Counted from the first letter of the stretch, positions 23,986 to 38,149 are shown. The stretch is 64,000 nucleotides of DNA from Octopus sinensis (GCF_006345805.1 NC_043019.1:26287360-26351359); one strand, 5' to 3'. The notes: generated from the sequence alone by a model not told the origin. Translations and numbers: made by a program.

Positions 23986-24322
23986 GTGAGGTGATGCTGA
24001 ATCTTGTTTGTCAATGCAGATTTAGTAATTTGATCAACTCAATTCACTGGTCCTGAACAAACAAGTGGTTGAGTACTCCAGATATGTGACCCTAAAGTAA
24101 TTTTCAGGCAGAATCAGCACAACATAGGGGTTAACAAAGCTGTATCTTCTGGATTACAAGTATTCTCCATACATGAGCTTCTATACAGTATCTCATTCGC
24201 AAATCATGATTTGACCTGAGGATGCAGAAGACAACACTTACACAAAGTGACACGTGAAAATAGTTGTAAACCTTGTGTAAATAGACAAACACACAAGCAT
24301 GTACACACGTACACAATATACA

Positions 24323-25476
24323 TCTCTCTATATATATATAAAATTCTTTGTCGGTTCCCTATGCATTCTCAAACAGCTCCATCAAATCAAATTTTACAAT
24401 AGTATTACATCCCACGCATGTCAACATGTAATTTTTATTTCCATTTGGAAAAAACAATATAACATTTACTCAAAAAATAATATTTCTATAGTCAACTATA
24501 ATACAGGACCTTTTATGCCACCACCACAATACATTTTCTACATGAGTGTGTGTGTGTTGCGCATTCATTACCTACGACATAGTAAAGGACAGTTTATACC
24601 ACTACCACAACACTTTGTATATAAATGTGAGTGTGCATGTGTTTGCACATTCATTACATAAGTGTTTGTGAGAGTCTGTGTGTATGTCAGAGTATGTGTG
24701 ATTGTCAATTACACTGATGTAAACTGGCTGTGTGAAAGAGCTATACTGGTCCCAACTAATGAAATGGTTGATAAATTCAATCATGAACTTCTTCAAAAGT
24801 TAAGATACATCAGAAATGACTTTTCATCAATTCAATCGATCAAGATCAGGTTGATCAATACATTATTGAATTTCTGAACACACTTAAACCCACTGGGATG
24901 CAACTGCATAACTTGACACTAAAGCTGGATGCTCCCATTTTGTTGCTTATGAATCTTGACTCACCTCGCCTGTGTTATGGAACTCGCTTCATTGTTACTT
25001 CCATAAAGGCCCATGTCCTCCAGGCAACAATCATAACAGGTAGTCACAAAGGAGAAAATGTCTTCATTCCAAAAATTTTTTTTCATACCTACAGATGTTC
25101 CATTTGAATTTCAGAGGTTTCAGTTTCCAGTCAAACTAAGTTTTGGTATTTCAATTAACAAATCTCAGGATCAATCCCTCAAGGTAGTACATGCTTCTCC
25201 CACCACCAACTATGTTGGTTGCTCACGAGTTGGAAGCAACAACAATTTATTTGTTTGGACACCAAGAAAAAAATTACACAATATTGTTTACTCTGAAGTG
25301 CTTCAAGATTAACAGATTTTCAGTTCAAAATTCTATTACCATTACAATTTGGATATTTTAAAATAAAATATAGATATTTTGAAATAATTACGAGAGAAAA
25401 AATATCTTCATATTCGTTATTTACTAATCTGAATAAGAAAAGCAGTGATCTGGGCAACTCTGGGTAATTCAGCTAG
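24323..25476 (+). mobile_element. Internally deleted Helitron with Pif1-family helicase C-terminal remnant (about 24720-25312)
   Basis: A|TC 5' end; GGGCAACTCTGGGTAATTCAG-CTAG|T 3' end; ERAILVPTNE, LNTLKPTGMQLHNLTLKLDAPILLLMNLDSPRLCYGTR, FQFPVKLSFGISINKSQDQSL, YVGCSRV, NIVYSEVL with frameshifts. Confidence 0.95.
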
Positions 25477-25939
25477 TTTTATATATAATACAAACACACA
25501 AGTGCGTTATCATTTACAACTATTTTCTATGCTGATAGTGTGTGTATGTATATATATGTTCCTGTAACTTAGCAGTTCGGCAAAAGAGAACCAATAGAAA
25601 TAAGTACTAGGCTTACAAAGAATAAGTCCTAGGGTCGATTTGTTTAACTAAAAGCGGTACTCCAGCATGGCCACAGTCAACTGACAAGAAAATATATAAT
25701 ATACACACACGCACACATATTTATACACATCTATATAATGCATATATATATATATACAGGTATACATGTACACAGGTATGTATACAGCACAGGCATAGCT
25801 CTGCATTTAAGTGGTTTCATGTCTTATCCCAGGTGACACCTTTGGCAAATGTAAAGAGCCCCTTAACTGAGAGCTAGATCCAAGGTTTGGTGATCACTTT
25901 CTTCAGGATGTCAAATGATGAAAATATGATGAGAGAAGC

Positions 25940-26470
25940 AGGAACAAGTTTAATGTTGTGATGGATATTCATGATTACCTTGCATTTTACATGGATGGGT
26001 ATGGCTGGAGTGATGCCAGAAGGAGAAGTGGTGACAAAGTGCCAGAACTTTCTCTTAGAATAATCGCATGTCTAACTGAATAGAAGAAAATTTGGAGATG
26101 GAAGAATCAGCAATGGTGCTTAAGATTACAGGTGCACAGGAGGGGAATAAGGAATGACTAGAAACACAAGGTGAACGTTTTGAATATAGTAAAACAGGTG
26201 TGGACAAGAGCAAATATGGGTGGAGGACCAAATGTAAGAATTATGACTGAATAGATAGATGTCAATTGGGTGTAGTTCAGAAAGCAAGGAGTGGTGACTG
26301 GCAGTAGAGAAATTATGACATGGCTGAGTAGTAACAGGTTATGCTTTTGTTACTTACAGCAGCAGCAGAATACATATGCAGATAGGAGAGTAATAGAGGG
26401 AGGGGCAGTAGAGATGAGAGGGTAGGGTCAAATGGTGCAAAGGTTTTGAGGGAAGAGTGAGAGTTATATC
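25940..26470 (-). mobile_element. Highly degenerate LINE-like 3' fragment (CR1/L2?)
   Basis: Purine-rich on plus; weak resemblance on minus to the YNSHIW region; no intact frame. Confidence 0.3.
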
Positions 26471-26559
26471 AGGGTGGTCTATGGCAAATACGAGTGAGAG
26501 GTTGATGGCAGAAAGAATAAGGAATGGATATCAATAGGAAGTAACTCAAGGAGAGGATC

Positions 26560-27505
26560 TTGCTAGCAATATGAGGGCAGAGTATGGGCCAAGTTGTAGC
26601 ATACATAGTGCGCATAGCTAGACGACTTCTTGAGTACTGTGTATCACCACTCAAAGTCCTAAGATCTGCCTTCACTACTTCAACCCATGTCTTCCTGGGT
26701 CTCCTTCTTCAACAAGTTCTATCCACATTAAGTGACTGGCACTCTTTTATCCACATCTATAGCAATACTACCAGTCTTTACATCCAGCATAGCATGCTTC
26801 ATTTCTACCTAGTCTTTGTAGGTATCCTGTATTCAGAATCTCACCACCATGTAGCATTGCAGTTAGTACACAAGCATCATACAGTTCCCTCTTTCTACAG
26901 CCTGTTCTTACTCTGGCTACTATACTTTCAGAACATTTTCCACTACTAATTAGATTACCTAGGTAACAGAAGCTGTCTGTCACCAAGGTGACCTAATTAG
27001 TGGAATCCTCCCAGGCAATTGAAAGCACATATTTCTAGTGTACTCCAAGGGTTTATTGCACCTGTGCATCTGCTACCTTCTGTGTTCATAGTTTGCTCTG
27101 GATACACCATATGGAATTTCTACAACCCACACCAGCATAAAACAGATGTTAAATGAGTATTTTTCCATATATTGAGCAAGGTCATTTCTCTGATGGTAGC
27201 AGGATCCTGTCTCTTTTCCTTGCTAACTTTGATGCCCTTTGATTCCAGGTTTTGCTTCTGTTCCTGAAATCTCTAATTCTACTACTGATTCTGCTAGAAC
27301 AAGGTCATCAGCTTGGAGTTCCCAAGGGTATGCAGTCCTAAACTACCATTATGAACTGAAGGACTGGAAATAGAAGAGAACTGAACAATGACCCTTGATA
27401 AACACCAATCTGCACACTAAATTCACTGCTATCTTCATTGGTAACTAGCTTTGCTGGCAACATCCCTATACATTGCAGGTACAGCTCTCACAAGCTATTT
27501 GTCTA
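26560..27505 (-). mobile_element. RTE-clade LINE remnant (RT domain and C-terminus)
   Basis: SEFSVQIGVYQGS, ADDLVL, VTDSFCYLGNLISSGKCSESIVARVRTG, LYDACVLTAMLHG, RLGRNEA, KADLRTL. Confidence 0.92.
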
Positions 27506-28402
27506 CAAATAGATTATTCAGAAACTACCAGATCACCAGATGGGTTACTCTTATCAATGGATTTTTCCGTGGCTGTGTGGTAAGAAGCTTGCTTACACTT
27601 TGGAAGACTGCTGGAATGAGTTAAGAATGAATAGACACAGCATTGTTTTAATTCCAGCTGTTTTGCATAATGTATATGAGTATATATGTGCATATATATA
27701 TATATGTGTATAAAACATATCTGTTTTATCTTTATATATGCATGTGTGCATGCACACACGTCCTAGATGCTTTTGTGCTACAGGAGTCAGACTAAGAGGC
27801 CAGCTATAATAATTGTCGGTCCTCAAAGGATTCCTATAAAAAGGTCATAGCTTTACTGGAAGCTAATTATGGTAGCTGCACAAATAGGGAGTCCATCTAG
27901 TGATTAGTAACAGCACTACAGTAACACCTTCACATTTCCTCATTTATTGACCAGATCAACTTGCAGCTAGACTTCGGTCAAAATAGTTTTGAATATTTTG
28001 TTCTATTAGGCTGGTTTCTCCATAGCAATTCTATCAGTCCATTTAGTAAACCCTCCCAACAATCTGAAGAGGAAGAACAGTGGCCATATTAATTTCATCC
28101 TTTCCAGAAATGGAGTAGTGGGGTCAATTGAACTTGAAAAATACTAGTGAGAAGAGATGCAGTTCAAAGTAGGATGTTTAGGAAACCAATTGCATTAAGG
28201 GGTCACAGGAGCAATAGAGATGAGCTAGGCTTTATTGATATCAATCACCTATCCCTAGTCAATAGATATTACATGGATATAACAAATCCAGCAGCTAACA
28301 TCAATTACTTACAATAAGAACTTTAATTATAGAGTGAAATTATAGACTTTACACAAGCTCTATCCTTCTTATATAAAGTCTACTACAAGCCTCGGAAGTG
28401 TT

Positions 28403-29700
28403 TAACCCTTAAGCTTTCAAATTACTGTCAAAACGCTTAACGCTTACTTATTCAGTTTTGAATTAACCCTTTCATTACCAAACCGCCCGAAAAAATTTTG
28501 GTTAATGTGACCAAACCGCCCAAACCCGTCCGAATTTACCTATTCATATTTAAATGAGAATATCAGAGCAAATCTCTTTAGTACATTCGTGAAAACACGT
28601 ATTATACTTCGTAAACAGTTCATCTACAGTTTTGTACAAAGATCGACGTGTAATTTTAATTCCCTGAATTTTGGGAGATTTTTTTCCACATTTTTTTCGG
28701 CATCGATTTTTCTTCAACTTTGAAAATGGATAGGAGTTTCATGTTATCAAGCATTGATTCCGAATTGGAAAATTTGTGAAACAAATACTGGGTACTGTTG
28801 TGGATTTAGTTTTTATACAGGGAAACTAATGTTAGTCAGCATGGCTTAGGGTATGATGTGGTCTGGAAGTTATTGTTTGAAGCGATCAATGCGGAAACAA
28901 ACTTACGCAGATTGTAAACAAACACAAAATGGGGGTTCAAATTTCGAAAAATTTGTGAAGCAAATACTGGGTACTGTGTGGATTTAGTTTTTATTCAGGG
29001 AAAATAATGTTAGTCAGCATGGCCTAAGGAACGATGTGGTCTGGAATTTATCACTTCCATACCATAACCAGGGCCGTATATTATTTTTTGACCGATTTCT
29101 TTAGTTCGGTCAAACTTACGGCTTTATGGTACACCTGTTGTGCATTAAATTCAACTGACGATATAGTGATGTGCACAATTCTTCTTTATCAAAATTTTGT
29201 TGCATACCCACTTGAATATTAGCTGATGATTCATTTTCTATGGTGATGTTTAAACAAAATTTTAATATTTTTACCTTTTGCTCAATTCAAAATTTTAATA
29301 TTTTTACCTTTTGCTCAATTTACCTGGATTTACCTGTAATTAAAGTCACTTTGAGACAAAAGTTATGCAATAGAATTGATTAAGAACCCTTTCTTTAATT
29401 ATGTTCCAAATATCACATTAATATGTTGATAAGTAAAAAAGTTACAGTTATTTAATGAAACAAGCCTAGATTCATGATTATTTTAGAATTTAATTGAAAC
29501 TCATGAGGGTGTATTTTGGTCAGAAATATAGTAACGAAAGGGTTAATCACGCATTATCTCAGAGCTTTGAAATTTTGATGATGTGTCAGTTTTTCAAATG
29601 ACATTGTGGTGGAGTTGTGAGAAGCCAGATCTGGCTGGTTTGACTATAAAACAGGTTGAATATTTTGGCTGGATATGGCCAGTTTAAATGCAACAGAATT
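28403..29700. mobile_element. MITE family 1 carrying a nested 1.08-kb piggyBac-type element (28463-29546)
   Basis: Inner TTAA|CCCTTTCATTAC...GTAACGAAAGGG|TTAA inserted at the host GAATTAATCA site; inner direct repeat of about 90 bp near 28780 and 28960. Confidence 0.85.
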
Positions 29701-29704
29701 AATA

Positions 29705-30180
29705 CCAAACTCCAGGAACTAACCTTCAAAATAGCATCCTCATTTTACAGCTTCTAATGCTGGAATGGTGTGGGCAGGTTTTTCTGTGCATGCTTTTGTT
29801 TCCTTTCCTGCTATGATATCTAACCTTTAGACCTATCAATTACAGATTTTGCTTCCATTATTGGAATTATTCTAATTTTTTTTAACCAATTTATCTGAGA
29901 ATTAATTTATCAGTCTACAACAATTCCTACAAAAAGTCAGTCTTCAATCTCTTTTATTGCCTCCAGAACTATATCAAACAAGATCTAAGTCCCAATGGAC
30001 ACCTAACAACAATACCAAAAACCAAATTTTACACCGAACTCAATACTAACTCTTGACTAAATACCATTGCCACTCCTGTACATGGTTTGCACCACTCACA
30101 CGTTATTCCTATAACACGTATACACACGAGTCCTCAATCGCTGTCAAAAAGCTTTCTCAAAGCCAACAAATGTTAGACAT
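29705..30180 (-). mobile_element. Second RTE-clade RT remnant
   Basis: Minus strand shows degenerate GV..GS.L..L.F.IVLEAI, ELL.(AD), WKQNL..IGLKV. Confidence 0.7.
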
Positions 30181-30589
30181 AATAGTTTGTTTATAGTTGC
30201 CTCACTAAGTAGAGGATATCAGTTATTCTGATCTTGACTAAAACCCAAACTACATTTCTTAGCAAGTTCTCTCCCTCCCTTGTTACCTTTAATCTAACTG
30301 CCACTTTTATGATCTGATTCTGTCAGGTTAATTCTGCTGTTCTTATTTTAGTATTGAGTACTTTTCTCTTTTATGTCACTTACCAGTAATAACACTTTCC
30401 AGCATTACACAAGGAACCAGTTTATCCCATTTCACCTGACATATTCCCCATCTTAACAGCTAACACTACAAAGCCCATTATTTTCCCCTAATAGTCATTT
30501 TAACTATAACCGATCAGTAACTAATTAGTATTGTTTCTGTCTCTTCTCAAGTACGTTACTAATAGTATTGACAAATGACTGGCCGCTGC

Positions 30590-30775
30590 CAGCCTCCCCT
30601 GGCACCTGTGCCAGTGGCACGTAAAAAGCACCCACTACACTCACAGAGTAGTCGGCGTTAGGAAGGATATCCAGCTGTAGAAACACTGCCAGATCCTAGC
30701 TTCCCAGACTGCGGTCGAACCGTCCAACCCATGCTAGCACGGAAAACGGACATTAAACGATGATGATGATGATAT
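30590..30775. mobile_element. Family C repeat
   Basis: GTGCCAGTGGCACGTAAAAAGCACCC...GGAAAACGGACATTAAACGATGATG. Confidence 0.88.
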
Positions 30776-31807
30776 ATATATAAAACCTACACTCACTCAA
30801 ACTTCTTTAGCTTCTTTGTTCAGATGTTCAGAGCAGGTTAACTATTATAATCAACAAATCTGAAGCAGGTACAAGATCAGTGTTACATCAAGAGACTGCA
30901 ACAGAAACTCTCCATTACCAGAATTTATTTTTAAACAACATGGTTTCAAATCTACAATTCTCCCCACCTCCACCCAGGACTGAATATTTCCCCCAATAAT
31001 TTTGAAATTCCAGTCAAATATTTTTCTGTGGTAATGTACATTCTATAATAGTGTCAGATAAGTGATATGGTCTGCACATATCTGTCACCAAGTATTCCAT
31101 CCAGACACAAACAAAAAGAACATGCTAAATAAAATATAAGAAAAAATCATTGTCAATACCATAATGAAAAGATTGAGCCATATCTAAATAGTTTAAAATT
31201 TTTGTCTACAAAAAAATTATTTTAAAACATCAGCTACTAAAATCTCTAGCTCTCACTAAACATTTTTTTCCATTTCACTTCAATTGTAGAGTTTATAAAA
31301 AAAATTTAAAAAAGTAATGCATATTAGCTGTTGCGAGTATAACTAACAACAAATCATTGTCTTAATGTCCACTTTTCCATGCTTGCATGGAATTTTGAGG
31401 CATATTTTCTATGATTGGATGCCCTTCCTGTCACCAACCCCCACCTGTTTCCAAGCAGTTAAATATCTCCATCCCACCCTGGCAAAACAGGTTTTCATAG
31501 AAGACTGAAAACAAGACATGTTAACAACTTTCATGTGTAGTGTCAAGGCAACACTAACACACACACACACACACACACATACAAGCTTCTTTCAGTTTCA
31601 CTCTACCAAATCCACTCATAAGGCTTTGGTTGGCCTGAGGTAGAGTAGACACTTCCCAAGTGCCACACAGAACTATGTGGTTGGGAAGCAAACTTCTTAC
31701 CACATAGCCACACCTGCATCTATAAAATTAGATGTTTAAAATACATATTGTAAATTTTGAGTAGACTGAGACGTCAGGTTTCACCTACTGGCTAATTCCA
31801 CCTAAAG

Positions 31808-32019
31808 CAGGGGTTTCGAACCAGTGGTTCCCGATCCCCTGGGGAGGGGTCCACAACGCCTTAGCAGGAAGGTTGCATAGCCTTACTAGAAGTGGCTTGG
31901 GATAATAATTTTTCAACTCATCAATTACATTTTTTATGCTCTGATGAAAGTAGGGGGGTCGCATGGGTTTCAAGCTTTTGGGTAAGGGGCTGTAAGTGCA
32001 AAAACATTGGGAACCACTT
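31808..32019. mobile_element. hAT-type MITE
   Basis: CAGGGGTTTCGAAC / GGGAACCACT ends flanked by direct repeat CACCTAAAG (31799-31807, 32020-32028). Confidence 0.7.
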
Positions 32020-34559
32020 CACCTAAAGGTTGAATAGGTCAGTGGATGAAATGAAGTTTTGGTCAACTTAAAATTTACAATGTGACTCAAATCTCAAGAT
32101 TCAGTCACCTCCATCAATGTTCTGTTATTTTTAAACTAGTTTTCTACAAATTTTATCGTGAAAAAACCTACACATAATAGAATATGGAAGATTAGTTTGA
32201 GACTCTAAAAGATAAATTATTTTGAAGACTAATCACAGAAAATTCAGGTTGTTAGTACATAAATGAACACTGGCCAGAATTTTGTTCTGGAACTAATTAG
32301 TGAGTATATTAGAGAATTTACTAAAAATAGCAGGTAAGTTATTTAGATGATACAAGTAAGCAAAAGGTGAAAATAAAAATACAGATTTCATGAAATAGCT
32401 TAACGGAGTCGTTTTCATTTCCTTTGTTTATTTCACAAGACAAGAGTTTTGGCAGTTCGTGTCTTTTTAAGACCCACAAATTCTACAGAGGAAGGATATT
32501 GGTGCCATCCATCTATTGAATGTGGAACATATGCTCGAGAGAAACAACAGATTGTGCAAGCAATTTAAGGAAGGAAGTGAAAAGAAAAAACATTCTAGTA
32601 GTATGGAATGGAAATGGTATAATAATAGATGGTGAGAAATAGTTCAAGCAAGCAAGGTGATGGAGAAATTCAAAACTGGATACTTTATAGAAAATTCAAA
32701 CCCATCCCATAAATTTCATTAAAGACTTGATTTTTTTTTTTTTTTAATACTGAAATCTGCAATGAAGCTCCCAAGTTCAAACTAACAGGTACACCAGTAA
32801 TGTTCCTAACCGTTCACAACTGTCACTATGTGTGTGTGTGTGTGTGTGTGTGGTTGATTGCTATCCAATCAATTTGTATGAACCCAACACGGAAAAACTT
32901 ATATCAACTTGTGAAACAATGATTATACGTGACAAAAAATCCGTTTTTTTTTTTTTAATGCTATAATTTCCAATTACAATTGTTTTTGCTCGTTTTTGAA
33001 ACGAAAATGTGCGAGTCATTTTAAATTTGTTACAATCACAATACATTGTATAATGGAGTCCAGAGTACTCAGTACTTCACTTGCCCGTCATAATTGGTTC
33101 TTCGAGAGGAAATAAAACTATTTTGCTGTTACATAGCAAAATAATAACAACAATATTGTTGCAGAATAGAAAGAACCAATAATAATAGGTAAAGCTGACA
33201 TTAGAAACTAAATCCCAACGACAGATAAGGTAGATCAATAAGAATATTAATTTCACAGCATTGTTTTTCCCTCCATCACAATCACAGAGAGAGAGAGAGA
33301 GCTTAATAAAAAGCCACAACACAAACACACAAATTTACTAAATTTTCATACTATAATATTGATCAAATGACTGAGATATTATGTAATGGCTTCTTGCCTT
33401 CGTGGAAAACTAAAGCAGAAAAAAAGGGAAGGGGGGTGACAAAACATGCACACATTTCCTGAGGACTTCACAAGATTTCCTTCAAAGCTAAGAACCACTA
33501 CCACCTGACTGACTGGTTTATATTTCAAGCAATATTGTCGAACAGACAGAATTGGCTACTTCCGACCCCCGTTAGCTTGTGGAACACTGATAAACGACAC
33601 TGACCAAAGACAACCTTTTAAGGACTGGGGGGGGGGGGTATTTAAATTTTTTTTTCTTTTAAAAACAATGGCCAGAAAATAAAAGAAACCTACTTAAAAT
33701 TTCCGTTAAAGAATATTTGATTACATCAGACGAATATTTAAACACTTATTTCTAGTAGAAGCACAAGACCAGAAATTTCTGGTGGGAGGGAGGCGGTTAG
33801 TGGATTACGTCGAACTCCCAATGTTCAACTGGTACTTTACGGTGATCCTTGGCAGCATACAATAATAATCTAAATTATTTCAATTAACATTAATTCAATA
33901 AACGGTCCCCTCTTGTTACATAGCAGTCATCCGCACCAAACAAACAGTTCCTAGCTATATAGTACTTCCAGAAACTTGGATTTACTTGGGGGGGAAAAAA
34001 ACTTATATAAAACTCTAGAGTTAAATTTTAAAATCCGACATTGCTGACCTATCAAGGATATATTTAAATGAATAATAATAATAATTAGTCTGGTTTAACC
34101 AGTACTGATTACATAAAACTAAATATATATATATATATATATACATATAGCGCCTTGTCCGACATATGTGATGAGGTTTACGAGTATAAACATCTAGCAG
34201 TAATATATATTTATGGCTTGTCTTATAAAGAATCTCAACGACCACTAAAATATTTTTCTAAAATGCTAATTCAGTCACACACACAACAGGGAAGACGGGC
34301 GTAAAATGGTTTTATATACACATATATGTATATATATAATATATATAGTTGTTAAACACACACACACACACACAATATTCTGTTCTTCAAATATATAGAA
34401 ATATCACTTGGAAAGACGACAATGTGTTTATGAAGCATCCGTTTGAATAATCGGTACACACGTACTTGGTTGGAATTTAGCTGTTGTCCAAAGACAATCC
34501 AGAAACCTAGCAACATATAACTATCTCTGAATGATATAGGCATTATTTGCTTATTAATA

Positions 34560-35005
34560 TTGTAAGGCGTCGAACGGGCAAAATCGTTAAGCACGCCGAA
34601 GAAAGTGCTTAGCGGCATTTCTTCCGGCTCTTGACGTTCTGGGTTTAAATTTCGCCGAGGGTGATTTTTGCCTGTTCACATCCTTTCGGGGTCGATAAAA
34701 ATAAACACCAGATGAGCATTGCGGTCGACGTAATTGACTGGCCCCTCCCCTCAAAATTTCAGGCCTTGATAGAAAAAGGATCATTATTACTAAGGCGGCG
34801 GGCTGGCAAAATCGTTTACAGTGCCGGACAAAGTGTTTAGCGGTATTTCCTCCGGCTCCTCACGTTCAGAGTTAAGATTTCCGCCGAGGTCAACTTCTGC
34901 TTTTCGGGGTCGATAAAATAAGTACCAGTTGAGCATTGCGGTCGACGTAATCGACCTCCCCATCCCCTCAGATTTGCTGGCTTCGTGCCAAAGTGAGAGA
35001 AAAAA
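34560..35005 (+). mobile_element. Two tandem Nin/Deu-domain-like SINEs (family B)
   Basis: Heads GGCAAAATCGTT..GC.CG; core TTTCGGGGTCGATAAAAT; tails CAAATTTCAGGCCTTG and GATTTGCTGGCTTCGTGCCAAA at 34560-34775 and 34795-35005. Confidence 0.88.
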
Positions 35006-35279
35006 AATTATTATAATGACAATGAATAATGCAGAAATGATAAAATACGATATTAGTGGCAATGTAAGGGATCAAAGCTATGATGATACAAAGTCAAAGA
35101 TAACCGGCCATGAGCTAAGCCCTGCCCCTGCAATGTGTGCACTTTTACCAAGTAATTTGTGCCAATAATCAGCCCTGCTATGTGTGCACTCTTACAAAAT
35201 AGTGTGTAATGATAAAAGAAACGACACAAGAGGAGAAAATCAAAGCACTATTTAGCTACTACATCTCATTACGTTGGAA

Positions 35280-35460
35280 GTTCAAATCCAATGTGTCTGC
35301 TTCCGGGCGGCGAGTTGGTGCAGCCTGTTGTTAGTTAAATCGACAATATTATTAAAATATTCCGCCTAACCCAACCGCATTCTTAACAGATGCACCTTGA
35401 ATGGGTGTGAGCGCGCGTTGAGGGTGGCGGGTAAAAACGTCTGTTTTGGCTCATCTTTGC
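35280..35460. promoter_or_regulatory. CpG-retaining promoter/enhancer-like patch in HUWE1 intron 1
   Basis: GCTTCCGGG (ETS-like), GCGCGCG and GGTGGCGG in otherwise CpG-poor DNA. Confidence 0.35.
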
Positions 35461-35958
35461 AAGGAAATTTCATAATCAAACAGCTGAAGATTCTAATTTT
35501 TGAGATCTGTGTCTCTGCCATATATTATTTCTATTATCCAACTGAAAATGATTTCTAAATTTGGCACAAGGCCACACACGTATTCAGATTAAACTGTATT
35601 CACCAACAGAAACTGCACAAACACACAAACACAGGCTGTGTGTATTAGTCACACACAGGTTTGCCAACATCATGTTACTAACTGGAAGAAGAGAACCTGT
35701 ATAAAAACTAAACCAAACATTCAACTTTATGAAATGAAAACACTATTAATTACTAGTAGAGAGTAAGAGAGATGATCTTTAAAATAAAACGGAAGCAATA
35801 TTTTTTAACGGATTAAACTAAAAACAAAACGTAAATCGTATGTCCAGCTCTGTTAAGGATATACTCATTTCTTTTTCCTCTCTCCTTTATTGTATTGTAT
35901 TTGTGCAGCGAAAGCTAAAAGTGTAAGAAGCGAAAATGGCGAAATTCACACACGATTG

Positions 35959-36007
<49 letters not shown>

Positions 36008-36427
36008 GAACGTGCTAGTATATAAATGTATATAAATACAAGAAAGACGCGTATTTTTCTGGTACAGACAAAAGCCAAACGATTTAAAAAGTTTGGGAAA
36101 AGGTGGGAAGCAGAAAAGGGGAAAAAAAGGTATTTTATAAAGGTAATCTATTGTAAAACATCAATAAAACTATACTATATAAGATTTGTGTTATCACTCA
36201 TACATAGGCTTTGGAAAACGAGAAGGGGAGTATGTTAAAAAGCACGAGATGAGGTTTTATATATATGTGTGTGTATATATATTATAACAGAGACTGGTTA
36301 ATAAGAATGTTGATTAGAAAAATATATAGCAGAAATATAAAATTGAAGTCTATGTATATACACTGATTCAGAGTTATGTTACCGAGGAACATGTACACAT
36401 TAATTACAAATATATTTCTACACACAC

Positions 36428-36458
<31 letters not shown>

Positions 36459-36610
36459 CACGCCGAATACATACTAGAGTTAGCAACGAAAATGCACCGC
36501 ATAAAATACGAAAATGTGAAGGCCATACTCATATAAGATTTTCATTTAAAGTAGCTATTATTTTTTTTTTCCTTTTTACATGAATTCTGTTTTTAGTTTA
36601 TACACATTTA

Positions 36611-36643
<33 letters not shown>

Positions 36644-36899
36644 CATAAATATATATATATGTGTGTGTGTGTGTTAAATATGAGAGCGAGCGACACAGAC
36701 ACAAAGGAGAAAGAAACATGACTCTTACACATTGAAGACAGAGAGAATGAGGGGGAGAGGGAGAGAAGTGATAGACAATAAGAAAATAGAGAGGGGGATC
36801 GATATAAAGAGAGAGAGAGAGAGGAGAGTTGAGAAAGGAAAAGAACGAGCTTAATGTAGATATTTCCTTTATATAAATATATAGATTTATATATGCGTG

Positions 36900-36930
<31 letters not shown>

Positions 36931-37421
36931 TATAAAGAGGATAAGAGGGAGAATATAAGAGAGAAAGATGGAAATATATATATATACGAACGGGAGAGAT
37001 ATATACTTTTCTCAATCTCATATGAAGATGTATGTGTATATATTATATATTTGTGAATACGTATAGTCAGAAGTATATCTATATATGCTGAATATTATCA
37101 TAAAACAAGGTATTGTCTTTTAAATGAGAAAGCAGAGCGAAGATATATAAGAGAAAATTCTAGATAAACATGGTGAAACAAAGATTTATAAAAGGGGGCA
37201 TCACAGCAATTAAATAGAAGGCATAGAAATAGATAAATATATGTATATATTGGTAGATAAATATGTATTATGAAGGTTAATGAATCAACAATGTAGGTAT
37301 ATATTTTATAGAGGAATAAAGCTGCAGATATTTATATACATTTAGGTAAGTTATCCTACATTACAAACCAAGTCGCAATTTGGCTCAAAAGATCTTAAGA
37401 GAAAACTGAACAGGTTTTTAC

Positions 37422-37700
37422 CTTTCACTGCCAAAGGAAAAAAGCGAAGAGGCTGAAACAGAGAAGATGTGCGTTTCCCCCGTAGTCGTCTTATTGGTAA
37501 TAGGACACCATAGTGCAGCAGTGATGTTGATCGGCAGGAAGGTGAAGCAACAAAAAGACACACACTCAAGTGTTGTAAAAAACACCTCGAATTTCAGGAG
37601 CAAGCTGCCATCTTGTAAAAAAGCGTTCAACAGTACCCGGATAAACCTCGTTCTCGTCAGGCCACTCGAGTAAAGCCGGAATCGTTCGTATAACATCGGA
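37422..37700 (-). promoter_or_regulatory. Probable non-coding exon 1 of HUWE1 (5' end uncertain)
   Basis: CpG-rich unique DNA; YY1-like CAAGATGGCAGC (37615-37604); donor GAAAG|GTAAAA at 37422/37421; short uORFs MAACS* and MVSYYQ*. Confidence 0.55.
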
Positions 37701-38149
37701 GCTATCCGGAATTGTTCGGCACGTTGAAGCTGAGTTGGAGGTGCAAATGGGAATGTGGAGGCGGACAAGAAAGAAAAGAGAAAAGTCTTTGCCTGCCAAT
37801 TTTCTTTTCTCTCTCTCGCTTTTCTTTTTTTAGAGGTCAATGTTATTGTTGAAATCAACTTAACTTTTTTCTTTCTCAATAGAAGTATTTTGGGTTAACT
37901 AAAGTAAAGAAAATATCGGAGCATACCTACACGACGAGTGTGCCTTTCCCCAAAGACTTTGTTTCCTCATAACTTTTCGAAAAGTAGATATCTTTTATAG
38001 GGATTTTTTCTACAAATACCTTTTATATGGTGTAGATTACTATTATATCGGAAGTTAATATAAAAAAAAGAGACAAAAAGTTACTGGGCGCGTACACATA
38101 CCTACTGACACACATCACATAGTTTTTTCAGAAGTTCAGGTTCGAATTT

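Noticed and set aside
37418-37879. 153-aa, 77-aa, 72-aa and 68-aa overlapping ORFs as protein genes
   Set aside because: No recognisable domain; long ORFs on both strands are expected in a GC-richer promoter/first-exon region.
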